Source of the DNA: Bdellovibrionales bacterium
Lineage (GTDB): Bacteria; Bdellovibrionota; Bdellovibrionia; Bdellovibrionales; CAYMLA01
Length of the DNA: 64,000 bases
Reading direction: 5' to 3'
Assembly (NCBI GenBank): GCA_965217115.1
Contig: OZ244239.1
Location: forward strand, 512,001 to 576,000
Made by a program: the position numbers and the translations under genes. This document shows positions 20,796-28,744 of this stretch, one piece after another. Numbering within the stretch: the first letter of the stretch is position 1; each line of letters opens with the position of its first letter. The notes under the pieces are model-generated. The model saw only the letters and a program-made list of their open reading frames with translations, searched no databases and was not told the origin of the DNA.

Positions 20796-21132
20796 TTAAA
20801 ATAACTGCTAGAAGAAAAGAAAGCTCTTATGATTATTCCTACGTTATTCCGTAGTGACAATTTACCAGAAACTGTTTTTTCAGAAAATGATTTTTAGCAT
20901 AGAAGAAGGACTTGGGGTAAATATTATAAGACAGAAGGATTGATGGCAAAATTTAGTGATGCCGGCAAAGCTGGATGGAGTTAAAAAGCCTAGCATGGCT
21001 TGTTTCTGCCCACGTTAGCTATGTTAATGCTCCGACAGGTAAAACCCCAACAACAAGAACAGTTTTTCTCTGACTCCTCAAGTAGCTTAAATGCTAGAAC
21101 TGCTGCCATCGATTAACTCTCAGAACCCTTGG

Positions 21133-21582
21133 TCAAACGTGTCCGATGCTTCGTTGAATAATTTGATCAAGTTTTCCTAAAAATTTAGATCGATCGGTCT
21201 TAGTCATGGAACTGGGGCCAGTGTTGGTATGTCCTAGAGTTCTAAGATGGGCATTTATTTTTCTTGCAGCTAGTGCGCTACCGATATTTTCCTCATCAAA
21301 TTCATAACCTTTTGCTCCGAGTACTTTGGCTTCTTTTTGAATTCCACGTTCAGCTAAAAGCAAATCTGCTGTAATGAGAATGTCACCAGCTTTGATATTC
21401 TCAGCTATCCAGTCATCGGCAGCATCAAAGTCATTGGAGACCACTTGCATTTCAATGTTTTTATCCAGGGGAGTATTTAAGTATTGATTGGCGACAACAA
21501 TCACTTTTAACTGGTAACGAGCAGCTACTTTATAAGTTTCTTCTTTAACTGTGCAGCCATCAGCGTCGATATAAATTGTCAT
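21133..21582 (-). CDS. yaiI: YaiI/YqxD (DUF188) family protein
   Basis: IYIDADGC.VK, FDAADDWI, DILITADLLLA motifs. Confidence 0.9.
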   Translation of the reverse strand: MTIYIDADGCTVKEETYKVAARYQLKVIVVANQYLNTPLDKNIEMQVVSNDFDAADDWIAENIKAGDILITADLLLAERGIQKEAKVLGAKGYEFDEENIGSALAARKINAHLRTLGHTNTGPSSMTKTDRSKFLGKLDQIIQRSIGHV

Positions 21583-21672
21583 TTAAGTCCCTTTCAATTT
21601 GTCATCTTTAGTCTATATAAAACAGCATCAGAGAGAATAACTATCAAGCAACATCTATTTCATAACCCCTTT

Positions 21673-21757
21673 CCCCCGTTGTTCCCGTCCTTCCCAACTA
21701 TTCCTGTCCCCCGTTGTTCCCGTCCTTCCCAACTATTCCTGTCCCCCGTTATTCCCA
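21673..21757 (+). repeat. 35-bp pyrimidine-rich tandem repeat
   Basis: CCCCCGTTGTTCCCGTCCTTCCCAACTATTCCTGT twice plus a partial third copy; contains the reverse complement of the GGGAACAACGG motif. Confidence 0.9.
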
Positions 21758-22186
21758 GTCCAGCTGCAGGTTTCAAAAATATGTTTTTTTAAATGGACAT
21801 CTATTCTTTAGCGAGTTCGGTATGTTTTTTAAATAAATATTTATTCTTTAGCTCAGACATTCGTTTGGCTGCGGCGCTCGCTTTGCGAGCATCGCACCAA
21901 TCCGAACTCGCTAAAGAATAAACATTCATTTAAAAAACCACCCTTTGCCAAACAATAGGCTTTAGCCGAGCCGAAAAATGCCACAATAATTCAATCTCCC
22001 CAGTTAGTTGTTCCCGTTCCTATCTCCGTTGTTCCCAGTCCAGCTGCAGATTTCAAAGATGTGTTTTTTAAATGGACATCTATTCTTTAGCGAGTTCGGA
22101 TTGATGCGATGCTCGCGAAGCGAGCGCCGCAGCCAAACGAATGTCTGAGCTAAAGAATAGATGTCCATTTAAAAAACACCTCTTTG
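21757..22186. repeat. Truncated palindromic element, copy 5 (21825-21937) and inverted-core copy 6 (22054-22186)
   Basis: Arm plus GAGTTCGG stub at ~21785-21820; full + core from 21853; reverse-oriented core at 22092-22148. Confidence 0.93.
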
Positions 22187-22192
22187 CCCAAA

Positions 22193-23359
22193 TCAAACAA
22201 AAGATTGCTTTTTGATTTTTTCTAGAATAATCTTCTCAACCTTAACCGGATCCGTCGGATCAACACTAAAATAAGACTGCTGTTCACAACGTTTTTTCTC
22301 TGTAATCAACCACTTTAAAATATTAGATAACTTTTTATTTTTCTTATCGTGGAAAAAAGGATCATTGTTTAAAGCGTCCTTCGCTTTTTTTAGGGACCTT
22401 AATTCAGAAGGATCTTTTTCTCCTACGCTGTAACAATGAAGATCGTATTTTTTCACGTCCTCAGGCAACACACCTAAGAATCGCACATCAGAAGCCGAAA
22501 AATCAGCATTTCGGATCAAGCTTGCCGCCGACCCCGCCTTCAAGGTCCGATAAATATTCTGAATCGTGTACGCATCCAGATCTCCAAAGAAATACATCGG
22601 TGCCTTCACCTGCTCCTGAATAAGTCGACACCAACCACGCACTCCATTGCTCGGAACACCCTGCGCACCAATCACAATGCATCTATGTCTTTTCGTAAAT
22701 CCATTGGCCACCAGAGTATTCGCCGTACCCTCTGACTCGACAACCAAGGAAAAATCAATCTTGCCCCTCGTTTTTAAGCTCAATGCTTGGGGCTTATTTT
22801 TAGGCTGAAACGGAGTCGTCCCCAACGTAGATAGGTCAACAACCGCCTTCTCTTCATCAGGTAAAGTCTCAGTGACTATCAATTGTTTCGAGTAAGTTTG
22901 ACCACCACGATCATTGGCAAAACAATTAAGCTCCTCACGATACACTTCTAACATATCACAAATAAACTCAATTACAGAATCACTCTCAATCTGATCATTG
23001 AAATCTAAGGGTTTTAACTCTTTATTGCTTTTCACCATACCCTTGGCTAAATAATAAATCTCACGCTTAGTATTCTGAGAGCCTATATCTAGGTTCCGTA
23101 AAAATATCTCTAATAGGAAAACCACCCGTGCCATCTTCTGTACCGACGAGACATTCAACTCTGTCTTCACCTTTTTTTCGCCAGGGGTTAGATACCCTAC
23201 CTTAGAGTCGTAAAAAGAATTATCAAGAGAGCACTTGATCGCTTCCAACATCGGACGGCGACTGTTCTCCAAATCCTTTAACATCTTATCACACAGAATC
23301 ATGGATTCTTTAGGGATGTCTTTTTTCAGCTCTCTTATGCGTGCCCGTGTTTTAGCCAT
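22193..23359 (-). CDS. top6A: DNA topoisomerase VI subunit A (Spo11-like)
   Basis: TKREIYY catalytic Tyr motif, TOPRIM VVESEG, GVP, FGDLDAY (DxD); follows top6B. Confidence 0.9.
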   Translation of the reverse strand: MAKTRARIRELKKDIPKESMILCDKMLKDLENSRRPMLEAIKCSLDNSFYDSKVGYLTPGEKKVKTELNVSSVQKMARVVFLLEIFLRNLDIGSQNTKREIYYLAKGMVKSNKELKPLDFNDQIESDSVIEFICDMLEVYREELNCFANDRGGQTYSKQLIVTETLPDEEKAVVDLSTLGTTPFQPKNKPQALSLKTRGKIDFSLVVESEGTANTLVANGFTKRHRCIVIGAQGVPSNGVRGWCRLIQEQVKAPMYFFGDLDAYTIQNIYRTLKAGSAASLIRNADFSASDVRFLGVLPEDVKKYDLHCYSVGEKDPSELRSLKKAKDALNNDPFFHDKKNKKLSNILKWLITEKKRCEQQSYFSVDPTDPVKVEKIILEKIKKQSFV

Positions 23360-23366
23360 TTCTCCA

Positions 23367-25208
23367 CTACCTTTTCTTAGACTTCTTGGTCTTCTTTTTC
23401 TTCTTAACTGTTTTCTTCTTAGCTGCTTTTTTCTTGGTTACTGATTCCTTTTTTTTCTTTTTGATGGCTCTCTTCTCAATCACCTTTTTTTTCTTCTTAG
23501 CCCCTTTCTTCTTCTGTGTCTTATTCAACAACAAAGGAGATGATTCCTCTTTGCTCTCTCCCTCAACACCCAAAACCTGGTCTTGTTTCACCTTTAGCTG
23601 AGCCAATCTCTCACTCGCCGAAGCCAGTTTTTCTTCAGCCTGATCAGTGTCACGACCCAAAATAGAAGATAAACCATCAATCGCTTTTCTCCTTCTCTTA
23701 TCGCTAGCTCCGGTTAAGCGCACAAGTGTGTTCACCAATATAGGTCCAAATTGCTCTATATGTTGCTTCTTTCTCTCCAAATCAGCTTCACGAAATTCTT
23801 TCTTAATATGACGACTCAACTTCTGTCCCGCCTGAATCAAAGCACGACGAATTTCCTCCACCAGTTCATTACTAGAATCGATTGTCTCTTTAGAGGCATT
23901 CTTAAATTTGATAAACGGTGACACGACACTCACTGCAAAAACATAGGGACCCAGAGGCAAAGAACCCTTCGGTTGACTCAACCCATAGGCTTTCCAATTC
24001 ACTGATTCAATCGCCTGAGTCACTGCACAAGCCGCTTTATCAAACTGCAAAGGCACTCGATTGGCAAAACGTAATAACTGAACAGACCCTTCACTCGTCT
24101 CCGCTTTTCTCTCTTGAAAACGAGCCAAAGCCACCTCAATCACAACAGGCTTAAAATCACAAATCGTCGGACGACGACAAACCACACTGAAAAAATCCAC
24201 TTCTCCCAAACGAAGAATGCTCTTAGACAATGCCTCTTCGCCAACCTTCAACACCGATTTCGTACTCGGAGCTAACAAATCTGTATCCTGTAATACCTGG
24301 AAAACCTTCTTAAACTCAGCATCACCCATAGATGAAATAGATTTATCCAATATTGCTTTTTTTAAACCGTTCTTTTTTAAATCCTTAAAAGTGTTATCAG
24401 ACACTCGGGAAAAGCCTGTTTTTAAAAACTTACCCAGTGGCACTTTGCCAAATAAATGGGCGTGGGTGATAAATTCGCCTAATTTCATCGTGTGTGGATG
24501 GGGAGGTGTTGGTTGGGGAATGGAAGGCGTCTCCTCTGACACTCTCTCAATGTAAATTTCTTCACGATCTAAAAGTTTATATCTAAGTGTTAGGTGAGGA
24601 TTCACCAAAGTTGTTCCATCCAAGTAAGTCAGAATTCCGCCATCGCCATTTAATTGAACACGGCCATCAATTTTAAACTCTACACTCACCCCATGGGAAC
24701 GATTCCAATCAAGGGTTTTCCGATCTTTTAAAACACCCTTATTGCCTTTAATATCCACATCAACAAAACACGACACCGCCTTGCGCATACGCTGAGTTTT
24801 ACTTAAAACCTTCACGCCCTTAGCGTTGGTCAACTGCGCCCAAGTCGTAGCTGCAGATATTCCAATTCCTTGCTGCCCCCTAGAACATTGTCCTTTCCCA
24901 AATTTAGACGATGCCAAGTACTCTCCGTAAACCTTGGCTAAATCATCCTCCTCAATGCCAGGACCGTTATCCTCAATGACTATTTTGATTAAATCCGCAT
25001 TTTTTGCCGATCCTTTACCTACTTTTTCTACTATCACCTTGATTTCAGGAAGCAAACCAGCTTCCTCACAAGCATCTAATGAGTTATCTACCGCCTCTTT
25101 CAAGGTCGTTAACACCGCCTTGATCGGCGACGAAAACCCCACCTGCTGGAGGTTCTTAGCAAAATATTCAGCTGTACTACTCTGTGTGATTTGATTTCTC
25201 TTTGCCAT
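23367..25208 (-). CDS. top6B: DNA topoisomerase VI subunit B with Lys-rich C-terminal tail
   Basis: AEYFAKNLQQVGF, GHKL EAVDNSLDA, DNGPGI, SRGQQGIGIS, RFANRVPL, FKNASKE. Confidence 0.93.
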   Translation of the reverse strand: MAKRNQITQSSTAEYFAKNLQQVGFSSPIKAVLTTLKEAVDNSLDACEEAGLLPEIKVIVEKVGKGSAKNADLIKIVIEDNGPGIEEDDLAKVYGEYLASSKFGKGQCSRGQQGIGISAATTWAQLTNAKGVKVLSKTQRMRKAVSCFVDVDIKGNKGVLKDRKTLDWNRSHGVSVEFKIDGRVQLNGDGGILTYLDGTTLVNPHLTLRYKLLDREEIYIERVSEETPSIPQPTPPHPHTMKLGEFITHAHLFGKVPLGKFLKTGFSRVSDNTFKDLKKNGLKKAILDKSISSMGDAEFKKVFQVLQDTDLLAPSTKSVLKVGEEALSKSILRLGEVDFFSVVCRRPTICDFKPVVIEVALARFQERKAETSEGSVQLLRFANRVPLQFDKAACAVTQAIESVNWKAYGLSQPKGSLPLGPYVFAVSVVSPFIKFKNASKETIDSSNELVEEIRRALIQAGQKLSRHIKKEFREADLERKKQHIEQFGPILVNTLVRLTGASDKRRRKAIDGLSSILGRDTDQAEEKLASASERLAQLKVKQDQVLGVEGESKEESSPLLLNKTQKKKGAKKKKKVIEKRAIKKKKKESVTKKKAAKKKTVKKKKKTKKSKKR

Positions 25209-25361
25209 ACAACACCCGCGTCCATCTAAAACTAGCCTTCTCCTCCACTATCAGGATTTTGTAAAGGGCTGGCAACACTTACAAAAAGCGTGACACACAC
25301 TGGCAATTCCCTGTATCCACTCTCTACTGCCACTGAGGATGTCACACCAGCCAGCACTGCC

Positions 25362-27332
25362 TTAGTTTTTGGGATTAAGTCCAGCCCTTTTTTGTAGCCT
25401 TTTAGCAGAGTGTTTCTCAAGAATTAAAGCCAAGGGTAAGTGATTGGCTAACAGCCCATAGAACACCTGCGCTTCAATGCACATTAAAATACTTGGCGAA
25501 CGGGCTACCACGGTGGCCGTACGCCTAACACCTGGATATAACAGCGCTATCTCTCCAAAAAAATCTCCTGTCCCCATTTGATTAATTCTTTTATCTCCAT
25601 TAACAACGTCTAACTGCCCCTGAATCACGAAATACCCTGAGTCAGCCACTTCTCCCTCATTTATGACATGAACTCCCTGGGCTAATTCCACAATTTTCCC
25701 ACAATTGAGAATACCATCCATCGCTTCACGGGGAATCTCTTTAAACAAAGGACTTCCAACCATACTCTGCACACTCCAAATCCGATGGCGCAGGAAACGT
25801 GCTTGTTCACCGTCTAAAAACTGCTTCCCATTCAAGTGTTGACGATATTTTAAGCAAAGCAACAGTGATTCCTCTTCGCAAACCACATCTCCCGAGCGAC
25901 GATGGCCCAAGAAATAACCACTCTCTCCAAAGACAGCCCCTCTCTGTAAACTGGTCACCAATACTCGACGATGACCTTTAAATCTTTTCATTACAACCAG
26001 ACGACCTTTAACAACAATGTACAGATCTCTGTCACTAGCCCCTTGCCGACAGACACTCACACCTTTGCTAACCTTCAACAACCGACACCCCTTGAGCATT
26101 TCATCTCTCACTGCCACTGGCAGTAACCGCACAAAAGGAAGATCATTTATAATATTTTCAGATTTTGCACTCTCCGTAACTATTTCATTTTGTGGTGAAG
26201 ACCAGCGACCCATGATTTCTGTCAGAGGCAATGCTCGATAATCCACTGCCTGTACAATGTCTTCCAAAAAAGAAATAAAAAATATTAATAAGTAGCCTAT
26301 CACTAGAGCACCATAGAGTGTCTCTCTTCCCTCCACAAAACCTCGACTCCAGACAAACTTTATAAAAGGAAAAAGAACGAAGAGGATCGATAACCCTAAA
26401 GCCATAACCCATAGAATCCTTAAGGTCGTTACTCCACTGGCTATTAATTGATCAATATCACCGTATAATCGATTAAAACTGCTCTTTAGAATCTTCGTCA
26501 TTGCTGTCCACGCGAAGGGTGATATGGAAAAAATTCCATAGATAAACACCCCTATCCAAACCACTGCCAACTGCTCCTCTTCAAGGCCTATCATCGTCGC
26601 TAAGAGAAAAAGAAAAAACACGCTCAATAGATTTAAAATATAAATCCATAAAAACTTTCCTGAAAAAGAGTCTCCATGCTCTTCTTTTTGCACCCAAACT
26701 CCTAAGCCGAGAAGGCTAACATTCAACCCCCATTCCCATCGGAGACGATCAACCCCTATTTTAAAAAAGCATTCAATAGAACTGGAAAAAAACTGCCCTA
26801 GAAAAACACTGGAAATTAAAACAAGAAAAACCCCCACTAGAGATTCATTAACTGGTAAAGACACGAACACCGACGGAGAAAAAGCTATCCAATCAATAAA
26901 AGCCAGAGAGAATATCGCAGTGAATAAGCATAAAAACCCTACAAGTAAGAGGTTCCACCCTTTTCCTAAATACCCTCCTACGACAGACCCCAGCCCAACA
27001 TGGGCCAACGGATTGGCCAACAACGATGCTGGCCAGTCATATTGAACCTGCAAACTCCTTATGTACCTTTGCGCCTCCCCATCAACCAAAAGCCGCAAAT
27101 AAGCCAACAAGTTAAGCGCATCAAACAAACCTTGAAAATCTGGTTTCTCTCCCCGACAAAATTCCTTCTGTATGATGTCTGATATGGAAGAACCTTCTCT
27201 CAAAGACACTAAATAAGGCAATGCGCTGATGCCGATATCAACCCCTTCCTCTCTACCCTTACAGTAAAGAACTCTTTTGACTGAGTCGATTTCAAATTTA
27301 TATAATCGCAAAGTGTTTTTTTCAATAGCCAC
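25362..27332 (-). CDS. Multi-TM membrane protein with two C-terminal cyclic-nucleotide-binding domains
   Basis: FGESGY...RRSGDV and FFGEIALL....RTATV cNMP motifs; 6-8 hydrophobic segments in the N-terminal half. Confidence 0.8.
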   Translation of the reverse strand: MAIEKNTLRLYKFEIDSVKRVLYCKGREEGVDIGISALPYLVSLREGSSISDIIQKEFCRGEKPDFQGLFDALNLLAYLRLLVDGEAQRYIRSLQVQYDWPASLLANPLAHVGLGSVVGGYLGKGWNLLLVGFLCLFTAIFSLAFIDWIAFSPSVFVSLPVNESLVGVFLVLISSVFLGQFFSSSIECFFKIGVDRLRWEWGLNVSLLGLGVWVQKEEHGDSFSGKFLWIYILNLLSVFFLFLLATMIGLEEEQLAVVWIGVFIYGIFSISPFAWTAMTKILKSSFNRLYGDIDQLIASGVTTLRILWVMALGLSILFVLFPFIKFVWSRGFVEGRETLYGALVIGYLLIFFISFLEDIVQAVDYRALPLTEIMGRWSSPQNEIVTESAKSENIINDLPFVRLLPVAVRDEMLKGCRLLKVSKGVSVCRQGASDRDLYIVVKGRLVVMKRFKGHRRVLVTSLQRGAVFGESGYFLGHRRSGDVVCEEESLLLCLKYRQHLNGKQFLDGEQARFLRHRIWSVQSMVGSPLFKEIPREAMDGILNCGKIVELAQGVHVINEGEVADSGYFVIQGQLDVVNGDKRINQMGTGDFFGEIALLYPGVRRTATVVARSPSILMCIEAQVFYGLLANHLPLALILEKHSAKRLQKRAGLNPKN

Positions 27333-27356
27333 GGATATATTCTCACTTAAACATTC

Positions 27357-27647
27357 TTAGTCGTCTTCTAATTTCATTAAAGTTAATTCTGCGGGGGTGT
27401 AGTATTTTTTTTTGCTGTTACAGTCCTTACAAGAAACCACGACATTTTTCTTTGTCGTCTTCCCTCCCCTAACAATCGGAATCACATGATCCATCGTGAG
27501 CTGTTCTTTTAAAAACTTTCCCTCACAGTAATAACAATTCCCATACCCCAGTTTCTGCCTCCACCACTGACTCTTGCGCAGTAATCTAGCTTTCGCCTTT
27601 TCCTTTCGGCAATGACTCTGACTGGCCAATTCAAAATAATCACTCAT
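27357..27647 (-). CDS. HNH endonuclease
   Basis: CYYC...TMDHVIP..RGG.....N.V.SCKDCN..K. Confidence 0.9.
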   Translation of the reverse strand: MSDYFELASQSHCRKEKAKARLLRKSQWWRQKLGYGNCYYCEGKFLKEQLTMDHVIPIVRGGKTTKKNVVVSCKDCNSKKKYYTPAELTLMKLEDD

Positions 27648-27844
27648 CTCTGCACCTAGAAAGAGGCCCTAAGAGAAAAATCTTGGCATAACGCGCCCAG
27701 ACTTTTCCCGTGAATCCCATGTTTAACCCTTTTACGTGTCATCTTGAGCTTAATTCATTTTATGCCTATTGCCAATTTTTTCTATTCTTGTTAGATATTC
27801 CACCATCAAACGGTGATGGAATATTTAACTTTTAAGAGGGGCTC

Positions 27845-28078
27845 ATGTCTCCAGAGCAGATTGAGAATAAATTAAAAGAGAAATACGTAGATAGCGATAT
27901 CACTGTTTCCGATCTCACAGGAACCCAAGATCATTACCAAGTTGAGATTACATCTAATAGCTTTTCTGGTCTCACTCGTATCAAGCAACATCAACATGTC
28001 ATGGACACCTTTTCAACAGAACTCAAAAGCGGGGAAATTCACGCTTTATCCATTAAAACAAGGACTCAGCCATTATGA
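27845..28078 (+). CDS. BolA/IbaG family protein
   Basis: DHYQV.I.S..F.G...IKQHQ.V, IHALSIKT; upstream of grxD. Confidence 0.9.
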   Translation: MSPEQIENKLKEKYVDSDITVSDLTGTQDHYQVEITSNSFSGLTRIKQHQHVMDTFSTELKSGEIHALSIKTRTQPL

Positions 28079-28392
28079 TAAGCACTGAACATAAAGAGCG
28101 TATTAAATCGATGATCACAAGCACTCCCGTTTTTTTATTTATGAAAGGGAACCCTCAATCTCCCCAATGCGGTTTTTCTGCACGCGCCGTAGCTATTTTG
28201 ATGAACTTGGGAGTTAAGTTTGAATCCTTTGATGTTTTAGAAGATGAAGGTATTCGTTCAGGAATCAAAGAGTTTTCCAATTGGCCCACAATCCCCCAAC
28301 TCTATCTAAATGGAAGTTTGGTCGGTGGTAGCGATATCATTATGGAAATGTATGAAAGTGGTGAACTTAAAGAACAGGTCGCCACTCTATAG
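28075..28392 (+). CDS. grxD: Monothiol glutaredoxin
   Basis: FMKG.P..PQCGFS, WPTIPQLY, GGSDI. Confidence 0.95.
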   Translation: MISTEHKERIKSMITSTPVFLFMKGNPQSPQCGFSARAVAILMNLGVKFESFDVLEDEGIRSGIKEFSNWPTIPQLYLNGSLVGGSDIIMEMYESGELKEQVATL

Positions 28393-28546
28393 AGGCCATC
28401 CCCTTGTGTCTTGGTACTTTAAGTAGAAAAAAACTAGAAATTACCATTTTTTTAATTTGCTTCTAAAGGCAGAACTCTCTGAAAATAAAAACGGGTTGCT
28501 TTCTTAACAACCCGTCTCATAAGTTTATGCTATGTCGCCTCTCTAT

Positions 28547-28588
28547 TTAAAACTCTTCTGACTAAGGCTTAAAACTCTTCTGAATAAG
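28547..28588 (+). repeat. 20-bp direct repeat, period 22
   Basis: TTAAAACTCTTCTGA(C/A)TAAG at 28547 and 28569. Confidence 0.8.
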
Positions 28589-28744
28589 TTTATCTGTGGG
28601 TTTCTGCCGAATAAAATAACCATCTTAAAGAAAACGGCTCATCAGAAAAAAATTGGCTCCACTATTTATCATGAAGAATCTTTAAAAAGGGACTATTTAT
28701 TTTTAGCTTTTGGGGAAGCGGGGTTTTGTTTAGAGGCCAGCTTG

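Larger units (their letters stand above)
15239..22201. mobile_element. Putative ~7-kb accessory island bounded by ~178-bp inverted repeats (15239-15415 and 22023-22201)
   Basis: The left end TTTGTTTGATTTGGGCAAAGAGGTG...GGGAACAACGGAGA matches the reverse complement of the right end. Cargo is two lipoproteins, a TA pair and yaiI. No transposase or target-site duplication seen. Confidence 0.55.

Noticed and set aside
20796..21130. Possible gene remnant between the RES toxin and yaiI
   Set aside because: Only short interrupted frames, with no recognisable motif.
15254..22186. Integron attC sites
   Set aside because: No RYYYAAC...GTTRRRY boxes at the hairpin ends, cassettes keep their own upstream regions and terminators, and no integrase is seen; only a loose analogy is kept.
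15225..22215. Target-site duplication flanking the island
   Set aside because: The left flank (...CAAGAACTG) and right flank (AGATTGCTT...) share no direct repeat.
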